From: an uncultured Candidatus Saccharibacteria bacterium
GTDB taxonomy: Bacteria > Patescibacteriota > Kazan-3B-28
Assembly: GCA_964434605.1 (NCBI GenBank)
Contig: CAYSVM010000002.1
Location: 64,047-128,046, forward strand
Length of the DNA stretch: 64,000 nucleotides
Direction: 5' to 3'
In this document: positions 1 through 9,210 of the stretch, piece after piece
Numbering within the stretch: position 1 is the first letter of the stretch
Layout of the letters: each line of letters starts with the position of its first letter
Position numbers and translations under genes: made by a program
Notes under the pieces: model-generated
Told to the model about the DNA's origin: nothing
The model's input: the letters and a program-made list of their open reading frames with translations, nothing else
The model's database searches: none

Positions 1-257
1 AAACAGAGTTGCTGCACCACTACCAACCAAACCCGATAGAACCATTAAATATTTATCAGCTCCAGAAAGTGCAAAAGAGTATTTTTTTCCTTGCACCCAT
101 GTATAGATCAATAAAATCAAAAATGTCAGCAACTGCAAAAGACCGGCAAAGAAATATGGCGGAATTTCCTCCAATCCAATCTTCATCACAATCTTTGACG
201 CAGACCACAAAAACACTACGAATAGTCCCTGTAGCAAGAAAGGTAACTTATTGCCCA

Positions 258-869
258 TTACTCTGATTTTACCACTTCGCTCCTACCTTCTAGTGCTCTG
301 GTAAGCGTAAGATCGTCTGCATATTCTAGATCTGCTCCCATAGGCAAACCTCTAGCTATCCGCGAGAGCTTTTTTCCGCTTTCAGAAAGTATTTTTATCA
401 GATAAGTAGCCGTCGCTTCTCCTTCCACATTTGGGTTAGTCGCAATTACCACTTCGGTAATTTCAGGATGTTCCGCCAAACGTCCAACCAGGCTGTCTAT
501 CTCCAGTTGTACTGGTCCCACTCCATCTAAGGGACTGATTCTGCCCCCTAGAACATGGTATAAACCAGAAAAACCCGCTCTCTCCAATGCAATTACATCC
601 AACGGCTCTTCGACAACCGCCAAAAGTGATTGATCCCTAGTTGTATCTTCGCAAATCTTGCAAGGATCTTGGTCTGCAATGTTATGGCAAACGGAGCAAT
701 AAACAATGTCTTCTTTCAAATTCAAAAACGCTTCTCCCAATCCCTTGGAGTCTACCGTACTATTCCTCACTAAATAAAACGCTAACCGAGATGCTGTCTT
801 CGGCCCAATACCTGGCAATTGGCTAAGAGCGTTTATTAGCCTTTCAATTGATTTCGGTAAAGTCTGCAT
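258..869 (-). CDS. recR: Recombination protein RecR
   Basis: Translation has the N-terminal helix-hairpin-helix LPGIGPKTA, a C4 zinc-finger CxxC...CxxC and a Toprim region; ~200 aa as expected. Confidence 0.9.
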   Translation of the reverse strand: MQTLPKSIERLINALSQLPGIGPKTASRLAFYLVRNSTVDSKGLGEAFLNLKEDIVYCSVCHNIADQDPCKICEDTTRDQSLLAVVEEPLDVIALERAGFSGLYHVLGGRISPLDGVGPVQLEIDSLVGRLAEHPEITEVVIATNPNVEGEATATYLIKILSESGKKLSRIARGLPMGADLEYADDLTLTRALEGRSEVVKSE

Positions 870-872
870 ATC

Positions 873-1172
873 CTAAATGTTCAAACCTAGATCTCCTGCC
901 ACACCCTTCATCTTCTGTGCAGATGCCTGTTGAGCTTTGGTAATAGCTGAATTAGTTGCTTGGCGAATAAATTTTTCTACTGCAATTTTCTCTGTTGGAT
1001 TTAAAAGCTCTTCAGCGATTTCTACCATTTGCACTTTTTGCTCTCCATCCACCACCACCTTTACCTTCCCACCCAATTCGATGCCTTCAAAATGCAGATT
1101 CCGAAGTTCTTTTTGGATCGCTCTCGCCTTGCTCTGCAACTGCCACATTCTTTTAGCTTTATCAAAAACCAT
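873..1172 (-). CDS. ybaB: Nucleoid-associated protein YbaB/EbfC
   Basis: 99-aa protein with MxxLxxKAxxxQxEL and a GGKVKV core typical of YbaB; sits directly upstream of recR as in the conserved dnaX-ybaB-recR synteny. Confidence 0.85.
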   Translation of the reverse strand: MVFDKAKRMWQLQSKARAIQKELRNLHFEGIELGGKVKVVVDGEQKVQMVEIAEELLNPTEKIAVEKFIRQATNSAITKAQQASAQKMKGVAGDLGLNI

Positions 1173-1173
1173 C

Positions 1174-1923
1174 TTAGTTAGCGCTTAGTACTATCTTATT
1201 AATTACAACCTTTTCCTTTGGCCTGCTCTGCTCTCCCTGCCCGTTATCTTCCACTGGAGCATTTGCAATCTTATCCACCACATCCATCCCCTCCACTACA
1301 TGTCCAAAGATTACATAGTCCTTTGGCATAGAAGTATTATCTTTATGCATTATGAAAAACTGGCTACCATTAGTATCTTTCCCTGAATTTGCCATTGCTA
1401 CAGTTCCGCGCATATACTCTCCAGTAATTTTTTCATTAGCAAATTGATATCCCGGTCCCCCTGTACCGTCATTAGTAAGATCTTCATCTTTTGAATTTGG
1501 ATCACCAGTTTGGATCATAAAGTCCTTAATCACCCGGTGGAACGCAATACCATTGAAATAATCTTTCTTGGTAAGCAATACAAAGTTAGCAACTGTCTTA
1601 GGTGTCTGCTTGACATCTAACTCTATCTTAATATTCCCCCCACTGGTCTCCAGCAAAGCAAATTTGTTCTGTTCTAATTCCGCACGAGCAATAGTACCGA
1701 AAGATCCACTCACCACCCGAGTAGCCCTAACTTGCCCATATCCCCAGACCGCACCAACAACCACCAAAGCCACCACCACCGCTCCTGTGACCATTAGAGC
1801 AATACGACCACTCCACCAACGAAACTTGGCTGTTTGTGCCCGATAACGCTCTTTTAGTTCACTACGAACTTCTTTTTGCTGTTCTAGTTTTCGAGCCTTA
1901 CGCTCTCTTGATCTTTTTGACAT
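1174..1923 (-). CDS. Cyclophilin-type peptidyl-prolyl cis-trans isomerase with basic N-terminus and one TM helix
   Basis: Motifs FHRVIKDFMIQTGDP and GTVAMANSGKDTNGSQFFI are canonical cyclophilin; a hydrophobic segment follows a K/R-rich N-terminus. Confidence 0.8.
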   Translation of the reverse strand: MSKRSRERKARKLEQQKEVRSELKERYRAQTAKFRWWSGRIALMVTGAVVVALVVVGAVWGYGQVRATRVVSGSFGTIARAELEQNKFALLETSGGNIKIELDVKQTPKTVANFVLLTKKDYFNGIAFHRVIKDFMIQTGDPNSKDEDLTNDGTGGPGYQFANEKITGEYMRGTVAMANSGKDTNGSQFFIMHKDNTSMPKDYVIFGHVVEGMDVVDKIANAPVEDNGQGEQSRPKEKVVINKIVLSAN

Positions 1924-1979
1924 ATCCTTAGTCTAGCACACCAAAAACCGGTCTATTAGACCCCCACCTATTCTTATAT

Positions 1980-2186
1980 CTATCTATTCAGGGTAGATAG
2001 AATCCCACCCCAATCTGCCGAGATATTTGTTTGCCAGAAAATTATCTTCGGTCCGACTACATTGATAATCCCAATTGCTACCAAAATTACTGCCAACTGA
2101 CGCCAGAAAGAATTGGTAAAATTCTCCTGCCGTTTAGCCTCGGCTTTGAATGCTCTTACAAATTCATTATTAGCTGCTTTTATCAT
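1980..2186 (-). CDS. Small hypothetical membrane protein (68 aa)
   Basis: ORF with a single hydrophobic helix; no recognisable family; 4-nt overlap with the next gene. Confidence 0.3.
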   Translation of the reverse strand: MIKAANNEFVRAFKAEAKRQENFTNSFWRQLAVILVAIGIINVVGPKIIFWQTNISADWGGILSTLNR

Positions 2187-3433
2187 GTTGCTGCTCTAAA
2201 AATACTTTGCCACAAACCTTGCCAGAATCCAATCGGCTTAGGAGCTTCCTGCACCACCGGAGCACTATTTGTAACCAAACTAATTATACCCGCAGTAACC
2301 AACTTTTGCAAAATTGCTTCGGTAGTCGTTTTGGGTTTGGGCAACCCCTCGTAAATGGGAACATTAGAAAGGTCATCACCTACTCCCTTAATCTCTTGCA
2401 GATTATTCTTACTCACCACCTTTTTCTTCTCTTCCAAAACAAATGCATCTAGCTTACTGAAATCCGAATTCACTTCTTGTGAGCTTCTAACAGGAAGAAT
2501 TGGAGCCTCTCCAACAGTAGTTGTAGTTTCCGAATTCACCACCAATCTAAAAGATACTGTCTGCTTTGTAACCGCTGTATCTTTTCCTATTGCTGTTACC
2601 AGCAAAGAGTAATTTGCGGGAGGAACTTGTTTTGTTGTATAGATTGTCAAACTCGTTATTCCCGGTAGTGTATTTAGCTGGGCAGGTACAAATTCCGCTG
2701 TTATTCCCTCCACCAACCCGCCAATTTTAACCTCCACTGCACTAGAGTAGTTGTCTATCGGCGTGAAACCGACTGTGAACCTTGTCGCACTCCCAGCGGG
2801 AATAGTCTGCTCGACTGGAGTTACTGTAATAGTAAAAGTAGGTTGAGAAACATCTCCTGTAGCTAAGTAGACGGCAAGACCACAAATTCCCCAAGGATCT
2901 ATACCGTTGGCACTTTCAAAGACCAAATCAACCGTCCCGTTATCTACTCTGGCAAGCAAGGCTGCCGTTTTCCAATTTCCCCCCTGCACAGTTACAGAAG
3001 TCGCGCTATCTCCAATTTTCATCCTAGTAGACAAGGCACCATCAGAAGAGCCCACCGTAGCTTTGAAATTGTAGTTGCCCTGTTCTAGGCCATCTATTCT
3101 AAAAATTGCACCAGCAGGACCGGTGTTGTAATCTCGCTTTATTAAATCTGCGACAGATTTGTCTGAAAATTCACTAATACCAGTACTTACCCATCCATAT
3201 GTAATATTCCCTGATTTCTTTGGATGAATAGATAGACTACCCTTTACCTGCACCATCCCAGACGCTTTATCTACCAAACTAGCCCCACCGAAATCAAAAG
3301 CTACTACCTGGTTCAGGTCTGTAGCGGCTAATGCCAAACTGATTAAGATTACCAGAGCTAAACTCAGAGCCAATATCGCCCTTGCATCCCATCTAAACAG
3401 GCTGATTAGCCAACGTTTTCTATCCACATCCAT
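2183..3433 (-). CDS. Hypothetical N-terminally anchored extracytoplasmic protein (416 aa)
   Basis: N-terminal TM/signal-anchor segment (LALSLALVILISLALAA) followed by a T/S/V-rich region suggestive of a beta-rich fold; no catalytic motifs recognised. Confidence 0.5.
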   Translation of the reverse strand: MDVDRKRWLISLFRWDARAILALSLALVILISLALAATDLNQVVAFDFGGASLVDKASGMVQVKGSLSIHPKKSGNITYGWVSTGISEFSDKSVADLIKRDYNTGPAGAIFRIDGLEQGNYNFKATVGSSDGALSTRMKIGDSATSVTVQGGNWKTAALLARVDNGTVDLVFESANGIDPWGICGLAVYLATGDVSQPTFTITVTPVEQTIPAGSATRFTVGFTPIDNYSSAVEVKIGGLVEGITAEFVPAQLNTLPGITSLTIYTTKQVPPANYSLLVTAIGKDTAVTKQTVSFRLVVNSETTTTVGEAPILPVRSSQEVNSDFSKLDAFVLEEKKKVVSKNNLQEIKGVGDDLSNVPIYEGLPKPKTTTEAILQKLVTAGIISLVTNSAPVVQEAPKPIGFWQGLWQSIFRAAT

Positions 3434-3454
3434 AATTATATACCCTTATATCCC

Positions 3455-4816
3455 CTAAACTGGGCTTTCAATTAGGGTCTCTTCTGGTTCTTCTAAACGC
3501 CTACGTTCGAGATCATTGAAACACATCCTATTGGCATCGAAATACAGTTCTACCTTTCCAGTCGGACCATTCCTGTGTTTTGCAATGTAGATGTCTGCAA
3601 TGTTCTTGCGTTCTGTTTCCGGTTCGTAATATTCCTCTCTGTACACAAACAACACTACATCTGCATCCTGTTCAATAGAACCAGATTCTCGAAGATCTGA
3701 AAGCTGAGGGATCTTCTTTGGTCTTTGTTCTACTGCACGAGATAACTGCGAAACAGCAATGATAGGAATATCTAATTCTTTAGCCAACGCCTTCAGGGAA
3801 CGAGATATTTCAGATATTTCCTGCACTCTTCCCTCATATGTCCTAGAGCCACCCATCAGCTGGATATGGTCTATTACTAGCAAATCCAATCCATGTTCTA
3901 TTTTTAGTCTCCGTGCTTTAGTACGAATCTCCATTACATTCAAAAATCCTGAGTCATCTATGAAGATAGGGGCTTCTGCAAGTTTCCCCATTGCTTCTGA
4001 CAATCTATCAAAATCTTCTGCTGTTAAGTTTCCAGTTCTAAGTCTCCAAGCATCAATTTCTGATTGTGCAGAAAGCAATCTATCAATAAGCTGTTCTTTA
4101 GACATTTCTAAACTGAAAAGTCCTATTGAAAAATGCCCATCTCTCGCTGCATTCAACGCAATATTTAATGCCAATGAAGTTTTTCCCATACTGGGACGAG
4201 CAGCGACAACGACAAGATCTGAACCCTGCAATCCAGCCAACATGTTGTCTAAATCAGCAAAACCAGTAGGTATTCCTCTAAGTTGTCCTCGGTTTTCATG
4301 TAAATTATCTATCCTCTCAAAAGTTTCACTCAATACATCTTTTACCAAAGTAAAGGTATTCTTCAGATGCTTTCTGGAAACTTTAAACAACGTTTGCTCC
4401 GCCTTATCTAGAGCATCATCTAACTTTAGATCTGAATTCAGTGCTAATTCACCAATAGTTGCAGACGCACTAATAAGTCTTCTTAATGTAGCTTTGTTGG
4501 CAATAATTTCCGCATATTGTGCCGCATGAGCAGTGCTGGGAGTGCTTGTAGTAAGTGCAGCCAGTTTGGTTGCGCCTCCAATTTGCTCAAGCTTGTTTTT
4601 TCCAGAAAGCTTTTCCGTTACCGTTACTAGATCTACCGGCTGACGATCTTCATACAATTCCAAAATAGATGAATAAACGGCTCCATGTCTTTCGTCATAA
4701 AAATCCTCAGGACGCACAATATCTGCCACCCGTACTATTAAATCCTTATCCAAAAGCAGTGCTCCAAGTAGAGACTTTTCTGCATCTAAACTTTGTGGTG
4801 GTAAATCTTTACTCAT
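3455..4816 (-). CDS. dnaB: Replicative DNA helicase DnaB
   Basis: N-terminal PPQSLDAEKSLLGALL, a Walker A ARPSMGKTSLAL and RecA-like helicase motifs; 453 aa. Confidence 0.9.
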   Translation of the reverse strand: MSKDLPPQSLDAEKSLLGALLLDKDLIVRVADIVRPEDFYDERHGAVYSSILELYEDRQPVDLVTVTEKLSGKNKLEQIGGATKLAALTTSTPSTAHAAQYAEIIANKATLRRLISASATIGELALNSDLKLDDALDKAEQTLFKVSRKHLKNTFTLVKDVLSETFERIDNLHENRGQLRGIPTGFADLDNMLAGLQGSDLVVVAARPSMGKTSLALNIALNAARDGHFSIGLFSLEMSKEQLIDRLLSAQSEIDAWRLRTGNLTAEDFDRLSEAMGKLAEAPIFIDDSGFLNVMEIRTKARRLKIEHGLDLLVIDHIQLMGGSRTYEGRVQEISEISRSLKALAKELDIPIIAVSQLSRAVEQRPKKIPQLSDLRESGSIEQDADVVLFVYREEYYEPETERKNIADIYIAKHRNGPTGKVELYFDANRMCFNDLERRRLEEPEETLIESPV

Positions 4817-6273
4817 ACCATTCCCCCAAAGACTTCGCTAATATTCTGGATGTCCACCGGCTTCTCAGCAGGAGAAACTTCTACCGTATAGGTAATTTTA
4901 GCACCGCATCCATTATCTCTGAACGCCTCCACTAACCACTCTCTACTCTGCGCCTGTTCCAATTTCTCCTTATGAAACCTATTGGTAAATTTTATCACCA
5001 CCGTACCCATCTCCAAGCCAACCTGTGCTCTTGCCAAAGTAGCTGCCAGTGTTTGGCTATGGGAACGTACTTTTTCCAAAACCTTTGGCCAAACTTTCTC
5101 CACCTCCTCTGGTGTAAGAGTAGATTCACTACTCCCGCCAGATTGAGCAACATTAGGACCAGCTGGTGGTTCCTGTTTTTCTTCGGGCAAAATCTTTTCT
5201 TCTGTCTGGGTGAGCTTCACCACCACTATCTCCAAAGGAACCTGCAACACTACCGCTTCGTTCATCTCCCTACTTGCCCACATCAGGTTCTGTAGTATTT
5301 CCAATACTTTTTGGATAGGTAATTTTTCTGCTAACAATTGTAATTGTTTCACTTGGTCCTTGCCGATAGACAACCCTTCACCATTACCCAATTTAACTGC
5401 TAGTATTTGACGTACTAGTGTTATCCAGGCTCCTGTTAGCCGATTTAGATCTGAACCATTGTGGTAAAGCTCGTCTATCTTCCCTAGAATTTCTTTTGTT
5501 TTATTTTCCGTAAGCCAATTTGTTAATTGATAAACTGTCTGCCAATTTACCAATCCAAACCAATCTGCCAGTTTCTCTTCGGTAATTTCACTACCAATAA
5601 ACGAAGCTTGTTCCAGCAAACTAACAGCATCTCTTACACTTCCTCCGCTCTGCCGAGCAATGAACTGCAATCCATCTGCAGAGATCTTTATTTTCTCCTT
5701 GTCCGCAATGTTACCCAGATATTTTGCTATTTCATCTACAGGGACATAATGGAAATCGAAGCGCTGACAACGAGAAATTACTGTCGGTAATAGTTTTTCT
5801 GGATCGGTGGTAGCCAACACAAAAATGGCATGAGCAGGAGGCTCTTCCAAAGTCTTCAACAACGCATTACTTGCCGCCTTACTTAGCTGGTGCGCTTCAT
5901 CTAAGATATATATTTTGTATTTCCCGACATTCGGCACTAAATTTATTTTCGCAATAAGATCTCGAACATCATCTACTCCCGTATGTGATGCAGCATCAAT
6001 TTCAATTAGATCAAACATTTGTTCGTTATCGAATGCCGTACACATTGCACATTTCCCGCATGGTTCATCTTTCTTAATATCCAAACAATTCACACTTCTA
6101 GCCAAAATCCTAGCTACTGTTGTTTTTCCAGTTCCTTTGGGACCGGAAAATAAATACGCATGACCAACTTGCCCACTAGCTAGTTGATTACCTAGTGTGA
6201 TTTTTACATAATCTTGTCCGACTAATTCGGACAACGTTTTTGGCCGGTATTTACGATAAAGCGCCTGCCTCAT
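4813..6273 (-). CDS. dnaX: DNA polymerase III subunit gamma/tau
   Basis: Walker A GPKGTGKTT and a zinc module CxxC...CGKCAMC. Start placed at the internal ATG (MRQALYRKYRP), which has an AGGGAGGA SD 4 nt upstream; the ORF-track start at 6336 is probably too long. Confidence 0.9.
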   Translation of the reverse strand: MRQALYRKYRPKTLSELVGQDYVKITLGNQLASGQVGHAYLFSGPKGTGKTTVARILARSVNCLDIKKDEPCGKCAMCTAFDNEQMFDLIEIDAASHTGVDDVRDLIAKINLVPNVGKYKIYILDEAHQLSKAASNALLKTLEEPPAHAIFVLATTDPEKLLPTVISRCQRFDFHYVPVDEIAKYLGNIADKEKIKISADGLQFIARQSGGSVRDAVSLLEQASFIGSEITEEKLADWFGLVNWQTVYQLTNWLTENKTKEILGKIDELYHNGSDLNRLTGAWITLVRQILAVKLGNGEGLSIGKDQVKQLQLLAEKLPIQKVLEILQNLMWASREMNEAVVLQVPLEIVVVKLTQTEEKILPEEKQEPPAGPNVAQSGGSSESTLTPEEVEKVWPKVLEKVRSHSQTLAATLARAQVGLEMGTVVIKFTNRFHKEKLEQAQSREWLVEAFRDNGCGAKITYTVEVSPAEKPVDIQNISEVFGGMV

Positions 6274-6379
6274 AAAATCCTCCCTAAAAGTACTCTCAAT
6301 CATACCACACCCCCTATTTCCTTTTCTTATCCCCATATGGTACCCTTAGTAGCCATGAACATTAACAAAAAGGAGGTGT

Positions 6380-7069
6380 TTGGCTGTGAAAAAACAAGAA
6401 ACAGCCAAAGAGGATCAAGATCCCCTCATAGGGGTAAACCATATCTTCAGTAACGAGCTACTTACTCTGTTAAGTCAAAGAATCTACCAGCGCATGGATC
6501 AGCTGTGCGTGTGCGTCATCGACCACCTGTACATCTGCAAAGAGCGAATGGTCTTTCGCTCACCGGGGGAAAGCAGGGAGAGCGACTACAGGGTCGAAGA
6601 AAAACACGATCGAGACATCTTCATCTGGAAAGCTCATAACGACCCCGTGGTTTCCCCGTCCGGCGCTCTCATGATACCGACCGAAAAGTATCTTCACTGC
6701 CACACAGCACCAAAACGATTGTCGGAAGTACTTGCCCCTCTAAAATTCACTCGCCAAACAGGCGACATCGTTCACGAGTACCTCATAGGTTATCCCCCTA
6801 AGAAGCCACCAAACCCGCCCGAAGAAGGATGGCCAGTGCTGTTCCGTCCTGCCCTTAGTATCTACTCAAGGGACAGCGTATCGGTCAGCTTTCAGGTCGG
6901 CAACGACAGTGCATATGGGTTTCTTATGGAACACGGTCCCCACAAAATCCCAGAACGCAACAACCGATACATCCTTGCCCTAGCCAGAGACATTCGGCTA
7001 TACCTCGGTTGTTCTCTGCCACTGGCATTTGAAGCAACAGTCAAAAAAGCCGGAGAAGCCATCAAGTAA
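6380..7069 (+). CDS. Hypothetical protein (229 aa) in a plus-strand GC-richer island
   Basis: Intact ORF followed by an intrinsic terminator; composition visibly GC-richer than the flanking dnaX and ftsQ; no family recognised. Confidence 0.5.
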   Translation: MAVKKQETAKEDQDPLIGVNHIFSNELLTLLSQRIYQRMDQLCVCVIDHLYICKERMVFRSPGESRESDYRVEEKHDRDIFIWKAHNDPVVSPSGALMIPTEKYLHCHTAPKRLSEVLAPLKFTRQTGDIVHEYLIGYPPKKPPNPPEEGWPVLFRPALSIYSRDSVSVSFQVGNDSAYGFLMEHGPHKIPERNNRYILALARDIRLYLGCSLPLAFEATVKKAGEAIK

Positions 7070-7216
7070 AAGTTAATACTAGACGCGGCTAACCATCTGG
7101 TTAACCGAGACAGGCAAGGAATAAAAGAAGTGGCCAATTACTATGAAGACCTGTTCGGTCAATCACTACGCGACGAGATTGGCAAGTTGCTATTCCCCTG
7201 AACCTTACACAATCAC

Positions 7217-7247
7217 AAGGGCGGCCTCATAGCCGCCCTTTCTCGTA
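7217..7247. terminator. Intrinsic terminator hairpin (aagggcggc-ctcata-gccgccctt + T-run) between convergent genes
   Basis: 9-bp GC-rich stem, 6-nt loop, followed by tctcgtat; sits between a plus-strand ORF end and a minus-strand ORF end. Confidence 0.5.
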
Positions 7248-7297
7248 TACGAAAACTGGGCTCCTCTTGCGAGAAACCCAGTATAAGGGTCCAATGT

Positions 7298-7606
7298 TTA
7301 CCGCCTCATCCACGACGGCTGAGGTTGACACAAAACTTCCTCGTATAAACGAGAAAAAAATCTGTCTGTTTCCCCAACACCCATCACTGTCGTTGAAAAT
7401 GGAAGCTCGTCACTTAGATGCCTCCAATGCTTCTCCAACTCATATAAGACCTGAACTATTTTCCTAGCTCCAATCGAAGCGATTATGGCATGGCTAGCCC
7501 ACCTGCCGTAACCCTTCAGTTGATATTGCTCAAAAATCTTACATGCTCTTAGCTCATACTCGCCAAGAGCCTTAACTATTGCCGGAATTTCACGCCAAGG
7601 AATCAT
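7298..7606 (-). CDS. Hypothetical protein (102 aa), second of an overlapping pair
   Basis: ORF immediately following and overlapping 7590..7865 in a different frame; could be a frameshifted single gene. Confidence 0.4.
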   Translation of the reverse strand: MIPWREIPAIVKALGEYELRACKIFEQYQLKGYGRWASHAIIASIGARKIVQVLYELEKHWRHLSDELPFSTTVMGVGETDRFFSRLYEEVLCQPQPSWMRR

Positions 7607-7865
7607 GTTCTTCCTCCTTCAACGTCAAATAGATTTGGTCGAGAAGGTGGTTCAAACCTCCACCCAAATGATTTGCATAATAGTCCTCAAGCCTCTGAAT
7701 AGTTTCCCCCAACTTCCCACAGACTATTGCAACAACCAAGATCTGGATCACGACCAGACCGCATCCGACCTTCTGGTAATCCAGAAAGGTCTTGAAGGCT
7801 TCGCCGAACTTATTCCCCAGCTTAGGTTTCAGGACTTCGAAAAAAACTTTTTCGGTTGGTAGCAC
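7590..7865 (-). CDS. Hypothetical small membrane protein (91 aa), first of an overlapping pair
   Basis: ORF with one hydrophobic helix (GLVVIQILVVAIVCG); 17-nt out-of-frame overlap with the next ORF. Confidence 0.4.
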   Translation of the reverse strand: MLPTEKVFFEVLKPKLGNKFGEAFKTFLDYQKVGCGLVVIQILVVAIVCGKLGETIQRLEDYYANHLGGGLNHLLDQIYLTLKEEEHDSLA

Positions 7866-8003
7866 TGCTTTTCTCCTTTTTAAAATTCCAACATACCAGC
7901 ACCGTACTAAAAAAAACGCTCCCAGTCAAGAAAAGCATCCTTGACCTACCAACCCCCTCACTAGTATATTTACTATCGGTAAAACTACTTTGGGAGGGAA
8001 GAA

Positions 8004-8270
8004 ATGGAGACTGCGGTCAGAAACCGAACTCCAAGCCATGGGAAACTCTTGGAAACAATCGAAGAAAGGAACTCCGAGATACAAAGACTGTCAAAAGAAT
8101 CTAGAAAGATTCTGAGAAAACTAAAGAGAGTTAACTCACCAGAAAAACACGAAACGCTCTCAAAAAATCTCGAAGACCTGTACCTCGAAATCGTTAAGCA
8201 GTGGGACGGAAACATCGAAGACATGGAAAGTTTCCGGAGTAAACCTTTCCGCAGAAAACACAAGCAATGA
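8004..8270 (+). CDS. Hypothetical small coiled-coil protein (88 aa)
   Basis: GGGAGGGA SD 6 nt upstream of ATG; upstream TTGACC...TATATT promoter-like hexamers; K/E/R-rich heptad-like sequence; hairpin plus T-run after the stop. Confidence 0.4.
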   Translation: METAVRNRTPSHGKLLETIEERNSEIQRLSKESRKILRKLKRVNSPEKHETLSKNLEDLYLEIVKQWDGNIEDMESFRSKPFRRKHKQ

Positions 8271-8334
8271 TCATTTTTCCCACCTTGTTCTTTGCAAGAC
8301 CCTAGCCGAAGCTGGGATTTTTGCCTATATAAAC

Positions 8335-9210
8335 CTATCTATAAAACACTTTGTTAGGGATTCTTAGATCCACATAATCTTTTGGTGGATTATCTTCCAT
8401 TTCTCTAAGTACTCTCACTAGTGCATTTAGTTGATCATCCGGTGGGCGAGTAGTATCTAAGATTATCCTCCACTTTTGGTTAGTGTACATCTCCACTTCA
8501 AAAGTAGTTTCTGGAATAGTAATACGTGTAATGGAAATATTTGTTTTACGAGGAAGGTTTGCCACAAAACTTGTAACGAATTCAATGAAATCTGCCGCCA
8601 CTACTTTTTGGTTCAAACTTACTGGAACATTCTTTAAATCTTCTATTAAGATAAGAGGAACATTGTCTCCTGCTTTGTCATACATTACTCCGTATCGATT
8701 CACCAAAAACCTTTCTCCTGCTGTTTGCCACACCACCGAAGTCTGGTGTTCTGTTATTTTTATCGTAAACAAATTATTAATTAGATTCTTTCCAAACTCC
8801 ACTTCACTTATCTGCGGAATCTTACCAAGTAATTTCTTTCGTGCCCATCCCTCTGACCATGTTACTGCATTCACCCTAGAAAATCCTCTGGGGAACAACA
8901 AATCTCGAATTTGTTCTTGTGTCGCAAGATGATTCCCCGTAATCTTCAGCTCATCTAGCAAAAAGAATGAACTCCCAAAAACAAAATAGATAACTCCAAT
9001 TAATCCCGGCACCACCAGCCACTTTTGCCACCCACCCTTACTTAGACGAAATACTCTAAGTCGTCTTCCTGTAGTTTCTTTTTTTGTACTTTGTTGTAAC
9101 TGTTTGCGGTATTCAAAACGTCTCCGCACCGCCTCATTTTGCATTAGAGGGGCGCTTCCTACCTGCGTCTTTTTCTTCCTCCATATTTTCCACCCCCACC
9201 CAAGCTTCAC
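8335..9210 (-). CDS. ftsQ: Cell division protein FtsQ/DivIB-like (POTRA domain)
   Basis: Basic N-terminus, single TM, then an extracytoplasmic domain; sits at the distal end of the dcw cluster right after murC. Confidence 0.7.
   Translation of the reverse strand: MKLGWGWKIWRKKKTQVGSAPLMQNEAVRRRFEYRKQLQQSTKKETTGRRLRVFRLSKGGWQKWLVVPGLIGVIYFVFGSSFFLLDELKITGNHLATQEQIRDLLFPRGFSRVNAVTWSEGWARKKLLGKIPQISEVEFGKNLINNLFTIKITEHQTSVVWQTAGERFLVNRYGVMYDKAGDNVPLILIEDLKNVPVSLNQKVVAADFIEFVTSFVANLPRKTNISITRITIPETTFEVEMYTNQKWRIILDTTRPPDDQLNALVRVLREMEDNPPKDYVDLRIPNKVFYR

Noticed and set aside
3759-4529. Long antisense ORFs inside dnaB (256 aa). The same applies inside prfB at 33503..33913, inside the PKD lipoprotein at 35970..36912, and inside folD at 46756..47571
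   Set aside because: They lie entirely within strongly supported genes on the opposite strand and have low-complexity or S/P-rich translations typical of antisense frames.
7070-7201. 44 in-frame sense codons directly after the TAA stop of the 6380..7069 ORF (possible readthrough extension)
   Set aside because: A run of 44 stop-free codons has a fair chance of arising at random, and there is no supporting signal. The terminator hairpin follows, consistent with a normal 3' UTR.
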